Origin: Adineta vaga
Lineage: Eukaryota > Animalia > Rotifera
DNA length: 64,000 bases
NCBI GenBank assembly: GCA_021613535.1
Contig: CP075492.1
Coordinates: 10,354,001 to 10,418,000 of the forward strand
Direction of reading: 5' to 3'
Numbering within the stretch: the stretch's first letter is position 1; every line of letters begins with the position of its first letter. Positions 39,662 to 51,569 of this stretch are shown here, piece after piece. The position numbers and the translations under genes are program-made. The notes beneath the pieces are model-generated. The model was not told the DNA's origin, did no database searches, and worked only from the letters and a program-made list of their open reading frames with translations.

Positions 39662-41293
39662 CGTCGAACATAGATATTAAATTAGAATGGTTGAACGAGC
39701 AACGCATAGAAGAAAAAGTATGTATCTACATCAACTTGTCATGATCATGAGAAATATAAATTGATGTTCAAAAAAGATAGAATCGACTTTTCTCTCTCTT
39801 TTTCTACTCTTGTTTTATTTTTGTTGTCGACAACATATCCATACTAATTACTACTTCAAGTGGCTCTTCTTTAGATAACTATTTGCGGTTGCGGAAAGTC
39901 ATGTTTAATATACTTTATATTTAAAACACTTCTACAACACATGATGTTTGTAAAAGATCTATTCAATTGTCATCGGTTGATATTTTACATATGTAGTTGT
40001 TCAGTGTAAAAGAAAATCACGACTATTTATAGATCATTTTGCGCACGAATAACTTAATTCGCTGGTCTGGAAATTTAGTTGGTCGATGAGTAAAATCATA
40101 TGCTTCAAAACAATATTGCTTTTTTTCTTCTATGAATAAACATAAATATCTACAATATAAAATATGACATGTAGAATTATTGCATGAATATGAATTTATA
40201 ATGAATAAACAGAACAATTTTCAGTCGATTAATCGCACATTAACTTTTGACGACGAAAACGTTATGAAAATATCATAGATTTTGACTATATAACAGATGA
40301 AAATCTGTCTAATTGCATAGTTATGCACACTACATCGTCTCGCACATATCACTGTGAATTATCTAAATTGTTCATTGAATATAACGATATGATTTTCTTA
40401 GAAAAAAAAAACCCCGATCTGAATCTATTTGTTAAAGTTTCTATGTTGGACTTACACTTATATACTATTTCGTTCTAATTTTGAACAGACCTAATAAACA
40501 AGGAACGACCATGAAGAACAAAGTTATTGATGTGTCTAAACAAAACAAAAAAAAATGTCTGACTCTCATGAGATATTAACATCCTTCGTTCACGAGAATT
40601 TCTTGCTTGAAAAAGAAAAAAAGATGATTAATGAAACACATCTCATATGTAAATCACTAGAATATTAAATCACAAAAAAATACTTTCCTTCCTCAATTCT
40701 ATATAATATTTCAAAATTATACTTAATTCAATTATATTCACACATATTTTGTCAAACTTATCTTACCGATAGAAACTATTTTTTCAAAAGAATATATTCT
40801 TTTTTTAATAAAAATTTCATATTTAGCTCTAAAGCTATAGTTTCTATAGGCAAATCTTTTTAATTCAAGGATTAATATCATGTTTTTCTTTGCTTACATC
40901 AACCCTAGAAAGTTTTTAAAATGAACTACATTTTTTGTCAAGCTAGTTTTGAGTACATGTTTTGCTTTTCTTATTGTATTTCATTGAGGAAGTGTCTAAC
41001 GTCTATTTATATCTATGAATAAGTTATTAAGGAATTTTGAAAGAATAAGTGAATAACTTCGAGCGACCTCTTCTATTTTAACAAAAAAGTTTTTATATTA
41101 AACCAATAAGCAAACGAATTCCAATTGTTTATTTATTTCTATTGAAATTAAGTCAATATATTAGACGTGTTCATTGGATTGTCTTCCGTCTGCTTCGAAG
41201 CAAACAAGAAAAAAAGAAAATCATCATATCATTTGTATTGTATTTTCGTTCGTCTTTAGATCTGATTGAAAATTGTCGACATATTATTGAACA

Positions 41294-44200
41294 ATGACAG
41301 ATTCGAAATATTTCTCAAGTCAAAGAAAAGGTAATTTTCATTTCATCGTTTGATTTAATATAAATATCTCCATATCAATCTACGTCATAGATATGAAAGA
41401 GACAGAACGAGTGAATGAGAAAAAAAAACGAGAGATAGGTAGTTTATACGCAAATATTAGTAGTTACCTTCTTCTCGCAACTAATTATCACACGTTTTCT
41501 TTTTTTTTCGTTCTTTTTACGTGAGTTTGGTGATAAAAAACGAGAGAGAAATATTATAGCAGCTGGCTTTCCTTTTTCTCTTCTTTCTTCAATGAAAAAT
41601 TAACGACTCGTCGTTTTTCTGCGTATCAAAAAGCAAATTTTGTATCTTCTTTTCCCCCCTTAATCTCTACTAATTGCATTACTTGAAGATGTACGAAGGC
41701 GAAGGCAAAAAAGGTATTGCAGAGAAGAAATTGTGTTCCAAAAAACCGAAATTTTTATCAATTTTATTTATTTAGGTGAAATTTATGAACTCAAAGCGGA
41801 GTTAAATAGTGATAAACGTGATCGCAAGAAAGAAGCCGTGAAAAAAGTAATGAGTTTAGTTCGTTTTTCGATTAGAAATCCTTGTTCTGATTATTAGGTT
41901 ATTGCAAGTATGACTGTTGGCAAAGATGTAAGTCAATTATTTCCTGATGTTGTCAATTGTATGCAAACAGATAATCTTGAATTAAAAAAACTTGTCTATC
42001 TTTATCTGATGAATTATGCGAAAACTCAACCTGAAATGGCTATTTTAGCTGTGAATACATTTGCAAAAGTAAGATAAGAGAAGTATTAGTCGATCAACGA
42101 TTCATTCTATTTGATTCTTTTTTCTAGGATTGTAATGATCCAAATCCATTAATTCGTGCTTTAGCTGTACGTACAATGGGTTGCATTCGTGTTGATAAAA
42201 TTACTGAACACTTATGTGAACCATTACGAAAATGTTTAAAAGATGAAGATCCATATGTACGAAAAACAGCAGCAGTTTGTGTTGCAAAATTATATGATAT
42301 TAATCAACAATTAGTTGATGATCAAGGTTTTCTTGATATGTTAAGAGATTTGTTATCTGATTCAAATCCCATGGTAGGAAAATAGTTCAATAAACTTTGT
42401 TTTTATTCATTCTTCAAATTAGGTTGTAGCAAATGCTGTTGCAGCCTTAAGTGAAATCTCGGAACAATCACCACAAATTAAAATCTTTGATTTAAATGGT
42501 CCGACAGTTAATAAATTATTAACAGCATTGAATGAATGTACAGAATGGGGACAAGTGTTTATTCTTGATGCTATTGCTAATTATGCACCGAAGGTTTGAA
42601 TTCTGTCTGTTGAAAAACATACTCATAAATGTTTCATTTAGGATGATAAAGAAGCGCAAAGTATTTGTGAACGTATTTCACCACGGCTTGCTCATGCAAA
42701 TTCTGCCGTCGTTCTTTCGGCTATAAAAGTTTTAATGAAATTTTTGGAATTAATTGATCAAAATAGTGAATTTGCTCAAAACTTATTTCGGAAATTAGCA
42801 CCACCATTAGTTACACTTCTATCAACAGAACCAGAAATCCAATATGTCGCTCTACGTAATATCAATTTAATCGTACAAAAACGGTAAATAATCTCATTCT
42901 TTTGATAGAGAACAGAAGAAAAAAACGATCATAGTCTATAGTATGAAGAAAGTAGACAGGAGTAAAAGATTCTCAGGTTTAAATTTTGTTAGCTATTCTT
43001 TAATATTATTTAGATCGGATATTCTTAAAAATGAAATGAAAGTCTTCTTTGTTAAATACAATGATCCAATCTATGTCAAATTGGAAAAACTCGATATTAT
43101 GATTCGTTTAACCAATGCGACTAATATTGCTCAAGTATTAGCAGAATTAAAAGAGTATGATATTTGTTTTTTTCTTTCGTTTATTGTCTAGTGTTTTTAT
43201 TTAGATATGCAACGGAAGTTGATGTCGATTTTGTTCGTAAAGCAGTTCGTGCTATTGGTCGATGTGCAATCAAAGTTGAACAAGCAGCCGAACGATGTGT
43301 TAGTACATTGATTGATTTAATTCAAACAAAAGTTAATTATGTTGTTCAAGAAGCTATTATTGTTATTAAAGTAAAACATTGTCTACTAAGGAATGTATCA
43401 TCATTCATATATATTTTTTCTTCTTTGTAGGATATCTTTCGTAAATATCCAAATAAATATGAAAGTATCATTGCTACACTCTGTGAAAATCTTGATTCAC
43501 TTGATGAACCTGAAGCTCGGTAAGTTCGAAAGGTAAACTACATTGATTATTATTTTGAAGTATTTATCTAGAGCTTCAATGATTTGGATTGTTGGTGAAT
43601 ATGCTGAACGTATTGATAATGCTGATGAATTACTCGAAGGTTTTCTTGATGGTTTTAAAGATGAAAATAATCAAGTACAACTTCAATTATTAACCGCAAT
43701 TGTGAAATTATTTCTAAAAAAACCAACAGAAACTCCACAAGATTTAGTAACACGTGTCTTAACTATCGTTACACAAGTAAAAATCATTTACATGCAAATA
43801 AATGTAAAAACTAATTTATTTTATTCAATAGGAAACAGATAATCCAGATTTACGTGATCGTGGTTATATCTATTGGCGTCTTCTATCAACAGATCCAAAA
43901 GCAGCAAAAGAAGTTATTCTTGCAGAAAAACCATTGATTTCCGAAGAAACGGATTTACTTGAACCAACACTTCTCGATGAATTAATTTGTCATATTGGTA
44001 CTTTAGCTTCAGTTTATCATAAACCACCAAATACATTTGTTGAAGGACGATTTATAACCAAGAAGAATTTACCACTTCGTTCAGGAATGAGTCATAATGA
44101 GAACGAAAATATGGGTAATGGTACAATGTCATCAAACTATCAACAAACCGTTGTTATTGGTAATAATGTTGGTTCATTAATTGATGATTTTGATATTTTG

Positions 44201-45299
44201 GATCCAATGCCTAATTCATCATCAACGACAACAGATGTTTTCTACGGTCAATCACAACAACGAGCACCATCGGCTATACCAAATTTACTTGATGAAGAAC
44301 TTTCATCAATTCTTGGAACTGATTCAACTATGAGTAATATTCAAACAACACCAACAACGATGAATACATCAGCACCTGTGAATCGTTCAACGACAACGAG
44401 TGGTGGAAATCTGCTTGATGATCTTTTTGGTGATTTAAATTTAAGTTCAGGCGTTTCGGGCATTTCATTTTCAAGCACCAATACATTCGCTTTTCCAAAA
44501 GAAGTATGACAATTATCTGTTTATTGAATTCTATCTATAATCATTGTTATCTTTTCAGATTTGGTTATCTGCTCAAAAAGGTAAAGGTCTTGAAATATCC
44601 GGTACTTTTGCTCGTCGTAACAATCAAATTGTTATGGAAATGGATTTTATAAATAAAGCATTACAACCTGTTAGTGATTTTGCTTTACAAATCAATCGTA
44701 ATAGTTTTGGTTTAACACCATCTCAACCATTACTTGTAACTAGTCCATTATTTCCAAATCAAACTGTCGCATCAACATTAACTCTCAATACAACAGGACC
44801 AATAACAAAATCTGATCCAATAACAAATCTTCAAGTTGCAGTTAAAAATAATATCGATGTTTTTTACTTTAATTGTCTTGTACCAATTCATGTCTTTTTT
44901 GTCAGCGATGGTGAAATGGACAAAATGACATTTGTACAAACATGGCAAGATATTCCTGAAAGTAATGAAATTAAACATCAATTACAAAACTTAAATAACT
45001 TATCCATTGATGATTTACAAAATAAATTACGTTTGAATAACATTCATACAATTACACGAACAACAATTGAACAAAATGAAATGCTTTATCAAACAATTAA
45101 ATTAACCAATGGTATTTTTATTTTAATTGAATTGAAAACCACACCAGGAAATCGAACAATTACCGTAAGATTCTATGAATTAATTTGAATTAAAACGAAA
45201 GAAAATCTTTATTTATTTTAGTTTTCATTGAAAACAAAAGTTCCTGATGTTGCCAATTTAATTGTTCAATCTTATGAGCATATTCTTAGTAGTAACTAA
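41294..45299 (+). CDS. AP2B1: AP-1/AP-2 adaptor complex beta subunit (beta-adaptin)
   Basis: MTDSKYF...[78 protein letters not shown] and appendage [13 protein letters not shown]. Invertebrates use a single beta1/2 gene, so the symbol is approximate. Confidence 0.96.
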
Positions 45300-45431
45300 A
45301 TAAACTAACTTCGCTTTCATTCTTTCATTTTTTATATTTATCAATAAATTTTACCATTCCTAATATACTTATTCTTATCTTCTTTTTATAGATTTTCGTT
45401 TCTTTTCTTTTCGATAATTTGCTCCGAAAAA

Positions 45432-46581
45432 ATGCAGGTGTGTGCGTATATATTTGAGACGAAAGGTTTATCTTATTTCTATATATTCATAGCTTGAACG
45501 AAAATTTCCAGCTGCTCAAGGAGCCATTCGTTGTGTCCGATATAATATTGATGGAAATTATTGTTTAACATCGGGTAGTGATCGAACAATTAAATTATGG
45601 AAACCTGACAGTGGTTTAGCGATTAAAACTTATACCGGACATAGTCAAGAAGTTCTTGATGTACATAGTTCATATGATAATAGTCGATTATGTTCTGGTA
45701 TAGATTTAATATAATTTGTTTGAAGATTTATGTGTGTATGTGTTTTGTTTCTTCAAATTTTTTAGGTGGTAGCGATAAACGAGTTTTGTATATAGATGTG
45801 ATGAGTGCAAAAATTGTGAAAAAATATCAAGCGCATGCAGGTATGTTCGACTAAAATTCCATTGATAGAATAACAAATTGTTGTAGGTCGTGTACAAGCG
45901 GTACGTTTCAATGAGGAAGCAACATTAATATTTTCTGCTTCAATCGATGGTACGGTAAAAATTTGGGATGTTAAATCTCGGGAATATGATCCGATTCAAG
46001 TGTTAGATGATGCGAAAGATAGTGTTACTAGTCTATCACTTTGTAATCATGAAATCTTAACAACATCACTTGATCAACGTGTACGTACATATGATATTCG
46101 ATTCGGTAAATTAACTGAAGATTTTATTGGACATAATTTAACGTATATTAATGTTTCACATGATCAACAATGTTTTCTTCTTGGAACATTATCGAGTCAA
46201 TTGATGTTATTTGATAAAATAAATGGAAAATTATTACAAAAATTTGTTGATTATACAAATAATACATATATGATTGAAAATGCTCTCTCCAATGATGATC
46301 AATTTATTTATAGTGGATCGGAAGATGGTCGTTTAATATGTTGGAGTTTATTAACAGCAAAACAAGTTTGTTCAGTTGAACATGAACTCAATACTCGTAA
46401 ATCAGTGAATACATTATCGCATCATCCAAAAGAAGAGAAACTGCTAACTGCACAAGAAGGAAATATATATGTATGGAATAAAACAGATAAAATCGAAGAA
46501 GAAAAAGAAGAAATTAAAAAACCTTTTGTACCTGAGAAAAAATTTACTACATCAAAATTTGTTAGTGGTGGTTTTGAATGA
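45432..46581 (+). CDS. WDR83: WD repeat protein 83 (MORG1)
   Basis: QGAIRCVRYNIDGNYCLTSGSDRTIKLW...TYTGHSQEVLD, VRFNEEATLIFSASIDG, PIQVLDDAKDSVTS, YDIRFGKLTEDFIG. Confidence 0.92.
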
Positions 46582-46637
46582 AAATAATTTGATATTTGTT
46601 TATTTCAGATATTCTTTCATCTTTGAACTTCATTTCA

Positions 46638-47466
46638 ATGAGTGTTATACCATTTCTAATTGGTGTTGCAGGTGGTCCTTGTTCAGGTAAATCAACTGTA
46701 TGTCAAAAAATAGTTGATGAACTTCAAATAACTGCTGAAGTTGATCGTTCAAGTCGTGTAACAGTAATACCAATGGAAAATTTCTATAAACCCAAAACGG
46801 ATGAACAACGAGATATGGCATTGCGTGGAAGTTATAATCTCGATCATCCAGATGCATTTGATGAAAAACTTCTATTTCGAACATTGAAAGATCTACTCAA
46901 TGGTAAAACGGTGAAAGTAAGTTTAAAAAGAAAAGAAGAAACATTTGATTTAAATATTCATTTAGATTGCTCGTTATGATCCGGGAAAATATGAACATGT
47001 CAAAGGTGTTTTAGATACAATTGAACCAGTACCCGTTATTATCATTGAAGGAATTTTGGTTTTCTATTTTCCAGAAATTCGAGTAAATGAAAAATTGTGA
47101 ATATTCTCTCTCGCTCTCTTTCTCATAAGTCTTCGTTACTATTTTTAGAATTTATTTCAAATGAAATTATTCGTTGATACAGATGCTGATACTCGTCTTG
47201 CACGTCGTGTTTTACGTGATATGAAAGAACATGGAAGAAATCTTGAACATGTTTTAGCTGGTTATACAAATTATGTTAAACCATCGTTTGAAGATTTTTG
47301 TTTACCAACAAAGAAATATGCAGATGTTATTATACCACGTGGTGCGGATAATCATGTTGCTGTCGATCTTATTGTTCAACATATACGAGATTATCTTAAA
47401 CCTAAACAAGAAAAGAATGATAATCAACAATCGAACGAACATACAACACGATCAAGACCTCATTAA
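46638..47466 (+). CDS. UCK: Uridine-cytidine kinase
   Basis: [18 protein letters not shown] (P-loop), [57 protein letters not shown], ending RSRPH. Confidence 0.95.
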
Positions 47467-47648
47467 CATATAGCAGATAAAATTTTGTTTATTTCTTTTC
47501 TTTTATACAGTGATCAATCAGAAGAGCACGTTTTCATTTTTGTTATGCGCTTGTTTTGTATTGTGTAGCTGAAATAATTCATGCTCACAAAACATATGTT
47601 TGTTTGATTTTGTTCATTCGTAGAAATAGGCAATTTCATTTTAGAAAT

Positions 47649-48306
47649 ATGTCTTTCATACCAGTCATACATTCATGGAATTTAACAAATTACGGTCGTC
47701 GATTAAATACAAATTCTGTTTTGAAAAATGAATATTTTTGGTCGTGTTTAAATTCTAATCAATCATCATTAAAAATGATGATTACACCTGCGTTACAATT
47801 AATGATCGTATCATCTGAACAATGTATCGAAGAATTAATGGGTAATAGGAGATAGCAGTCAAGAAATGAATCTTTTTCTTCTCATAGATATTTGGTTGAT
47901 GTTTTATTTCACACATGTTCATGTTCATTGTAAAAGTGTTTTATTCAATTATACATGGCCTCCATCATCACCATCGTCAACAATTCTAACACGTTCATTT
48001 CGTGTAAAATTTGCCAATGAGAAAGATCTGAATCAATGTATAAAACTTCTAAGTGATTACTTTCCAATTCATCGATATTCTCCGACTGACTATAATATTC
48101 AAACTGATTCAACTCAACCAACTCAACTTCATTCAGTATTTTTCAATGAAACGAAAGATACATTAGCATTAGGACAAGCAACAAATATGAGTATTCGTTC
48201 CGATTTTATTCGTCAATACCTATCAACATGTCTTATGGATCCGATGTTTTATATTTTTGTTGATAGAAATGAACAAATGTTGAAAAAATTGTTATTAGAT
48301 AAATAA
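47649..48306 (+). CDS. REC114: REC114-like meiotic recombination (DSB-promoting) protein, 2 exons (intron 47842-47887)
   Basis: Spliced protein of about 203 aa with W.L..Y.R (WNLTNYGRR), RSFRVKF, C..LL..Y (CIKLLSDYFPI) and C-terminal YLSTCLMDPMFYIFVDRNEQMLKKL. These parallel, as recalled, the vertebrate REC114 blocks WPLQRYAR, RLFRVQF, CVQKLAQY and FLRLCLMDQNFPAFVEEVEKELKKL. Confidence 0.78.
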
Positions 48307-48400
48307 AAATGAATAAGAATTCGTACTCTAAAAACTTTCATTCAGTTTGAACAAAAGTTTATTCAGTAATAATTTATTTTTAAAAAATTACGTATGAAAG

Positions 48401-48425
48401 AAAAGAAAAGAAAAGAAAAGAAAAG
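48401..48425. repeat. (AAAAG)5 microsatellite
   Basis: Directly visible. Confidence 0.9.
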
Positions 48426-48746
48426 AAAGACTGAAGGAACTTTTTTGTTAGCAACTATTATTGTTCACCCTTAATGTAAACGAAGAAAAATCACTTTTTA
48501 CTCCTTTCTTTCTTATTCCTGCAGCATAAGAAGAAGAAGAAAAAAAATCAGCAATGAGAATTTCTTTTCCACTTGAATCATGCAGATATTTATGTTTGAA
48601 CTCAACGGCTCTTTGCGACGTCTAGTGAGGCAATTCTAGATGAAAATAGAAAGAGAACCACCTCAGTTACTTACATATAAAAGAAAGAATTTTACTTACA
48701 ATTGTTACTTTATATTATTAACTGCTACATACACTCTCTTCTAAAC

Positions 48747-49722
48747 ATGGGTAAAAATCATTCCAAACAAAAATTTAGTCAATGGGATTTAGAACGATTT
48801 AGTAACGTTACTAGTAAGAATAGCTTTTTTTCCCATCTTCTTAAAATTATATTCGTTAATTTAGAAATTCCACGAGATAAAGTTGATGCTCTCTATCAAG
48901 AGTTTATAACATCATCGGGCAAAGATAATCTTATGGATAAGAAAGAATTTCGTCGTTTATACAAAGAAATGTATATGAATCGACAAGCTACTAGTGTAGA
49001 ACAAACAGGTCCTTCAGCACCAGCTATGTGGAGTGAACATGATTTGAATAAAATGGCCGATCATGTGTTCAAAGCTTTTGATCAAGGAGGATCTGGTATG
49101 TATGATTTTAACATACTTGCAATTATCTATTTATTCAATTGTTTTTTCGTACATTTCAGGAAAATTGACCTTCGAAAGTATGTAAATTATTCACTTCAGT
49201 CTGAGTATATATTTTATCAATTTAATAGACTTTGTCAATGCTTATCTATTACTCGATAATAGTCCAGGAATAGCATCAACAGGTGTATCAAATCGTGATC
49301 GATTGAATTATATTTTGGATCATAATAATCCAACACCAGGTAAAAACAAATTTCTTTTGATTCTTTTCAGTAGTATCATCATGATTACCTTTTTAGGCAA
49401 AGTTTCACGTGAACATGGTGAAGATTTGTTCAATCATATGAATGTTTGTTATACGTAAGTATCTTTTAATTCAAAAATGGTTTCTTTCTACTTTCTTTTT
49501 TTCGAATAGAGGGGATTCAGTAGTTGAAGGAAATGATAAAACTTGGGAACATCATTGGACTCAAATGGATGATGGCAATGGTGGAACGTAAGTGGAAGCT
49601 TACAGTTTATATGTTCGTTATTGAATATTCAATATCTTTTTAGTGTAACACAAGAGAAATTCGTTGAATATTTCACCGTTTCAGATGCATTCGCACCGAA
49701 ACTCAGACCAACAACAACATAA
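48747..49722 (+). CDS. N-myristoylation-type EF-hand protein (neuronal calcium sensor-like, divergent), several micro-exons
   Basis: MGKNHSK start; EF-like GKDNLMDKKEF, FKAFDQGGSG|KLTFE|DFVNAY and MDDGNGGT|VTQEKFVEYF. Confidence 0.75.
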
Positions 49723-49931
49723 ATAAATACATGCAACAAGACAGTCACATTTTTTCGTTGTTTCTTTTTTTTTCTACTTTTTTTGTTTTTGTAACTTTGT
49801 CTCACGTGTCACCATTGCATATTCAAATTATTTATAATCTCGCTACAGACTTTGCTAGAGAATAATAATAAATAGTGCTAACTATGTTAAAGAATTATAT
49901 TTATTTTGTATCTTATAGAACAACAAAGGAG

Positions 49932-51284
49932 TCAAAGTAAGAAGATGAAAAGTAGTAGAAACAAATAGATTGAATAAAATGGCAGAATCGATGACGAAGA
50001 AGATTTTGAATGATTGCTGCTATCGATGTATTTTATCAAAGCAGCTTGAAGATCTTTTCTTGCATTTATGAATCCTACTGTTGGATAAGTATGACCAGCG
50101 CTTAAGTTGCGAAAATATTGCTGATAAAAACGATCATTGACTAGAGGTGGTTCATTATAAGCATTACTTGACATTGGAAGAAGATAGCGAAGTGATCCAT
50201 TGTTACCAGCTTCACGGCCAACAACTGCTGCTTGCATACGAGGTGTACCCATGAACTCAACAAATGCTCGAGCAGCTTTCAACACATCATCAGACATATT
50301 ATGACGAAAAACGAATGCATCAGTGAAAAAGCTTGGCCGATTTGCAGTTGTACCTGATGGTAATGGAATCATTTTGATTTTGAAAAAATCATCCGGATCG
50401 GCATTTTTGAGAATGTGAAAAAGACGTTCAGAATAGCCAAACATTGTCATAGTCTGTTTTCTAGCAAATAATATAGACGTCATTGTAGTATTATCTTTGA
50501 ATAATCCATTCATACAATCATTCTCTCCTTCAACACGTTCACAGAGTTGTGCTAATTTACGCATAGGCTCAAACCATTCACTTCGATAAGCATGTAGAGC
50601 AAATGCTCCGACATTCGAATCCGAATGATTACTATTCAGATAGCTATTAATCCATAAGGCAGGTAGTTCCCAACTAGAATTTAGATTTCCTATCAAACGA
50701 TATGTCGCTGAAACATTCCGATTCACAACATCAGCGAGTTCACCTAAACTAGTTACTTTGGCTACTTGTTCATCACGGGTAAAAAGAAAATATCCACACA
50801 TCAAATGTGGATAACCATACACTGCCTGATTCATTTGAACCGCACTGGCTGCAGCTGGATGCCAGTCAGACGGTATATCAAAAATAGAAAATTGTGGCGC
50901 AATGAGACCAGCACTGACAACTTCACCTAGAATCACAGTATCGATTTCTACCACATCGTATTCATTTCCAGTACTTGATAACCAGGATGTCAATGTAGTT
51001 AGACTATAGAAATCAGCGTCTGAAATTAATGGTCGCAATTGGAGAGTGACATTAGGTTCGATTTTTTTGAATTCCTCTTGAATAAAACGTAATAAGTTTG
51101 CAAATTTATCATTGCCTGAATCAGGCAAATACGGATACATTGCTACTTTCAAGACTATTCCATCCAACTTCACATTTTGCGTAGCAGGCACTGTATTTGA
51201 ATTTGAATCGATTTTTACATCAAGTGTATTAGCAGTTGAAAGAAACAAAAGAAAAATAATTGTCGCAAATACATCCGTATTCAT
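49932..51284 (-). CDS. Thiaminase I (thiamine pyridinylase) with signal peptide and C-terminal GPI-type signal, intronless coding sequence
   Basis: LKVAMYPYLPD, YDVVEIDTVILG, YGYPHLMCGYFLFTR (nucleophile Cys), FGYSERL (general-base Glu) and FFTDAFV match Paenibacillus/Naegleria thiaminase I motifs. N-terminal MNTDVFATIIFLLFLSTANT; C-terminal SSSSSILPFYSIYLFLLLFIFLL*. Confidence 0.85.
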   Translation of the reverse strand: MNTDVFATIIFLLFLSTANTLDVKIDSNSNTVPATQNVKLDGIVLKVAMYPYLPDSGNDKFANLLRFIQEEFKKIEPNVTLQLRPLISDADFYSLTTLTSWLSSTGNEYDVVEIDTVILGEVVSAGLIAPQFSIFDIPSDWHPAAASAVQMNQAVYGYPHLMCGYFLFTRDEQVAKVTSLGELADVVNRNVSATYRLIGNLNSSWELPALWINSYLNSNHSDSNVGAFALHAYRSEWFEPMRKLAQLCERVEGENDCMNGLFKDNTTMTSILFARKQTMTMFGYSERLFHILKNADPDDFFKIKMIPLPSGTTANRPSFFTDAFVFRHNMSDDVLKAARAFVEFMGTPRMQAAVVGREAGNNGSLRYLLPMSSNAYNEPPLVNDRFYQQYFRNLSAGHTYPTVGFINARKDLQAALIKYIDSSNHSKSSSSSILPFYSIYLFLLLFIFLL

Positions 51285-51569
51285 TGCTTTTATTGCTATG
51301 ATGACAATGATAAATGTTGAATAAAAAATAAACTGATGACGAATTCTATTCAAATATTCTTAATATAGATACCTCTTGATCTCTTATCCTTATCAATGAT
51401 GAATAACTATTTTTTCGCAGTTGTGAAAAAAAGGATTGGCCAACTTTCGAGTTCCTTGGTCGATAAAAATTTACATAATAAATAGAACGAATCTTCTTTT
51501 CTCTTTCTCTACTGATAATGAATATAATCTTATGTTCGTTTTAATAGTTATTTATTCGAGAATAAATTT

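Noticed and set aside
37600-41250. 3.6-kb gene-free interval with several 60-73 aa ORFs, considered as a possible TE relic or ncRNA locus
   Set aside because: The ORFs are low-complexity AT-rich chance frames, and no terminal repeats, transposase motifs or RNA-gene signatures were seen. It is best explained as the divergent regulatory region of the antistasin and beta-adaptin genes.
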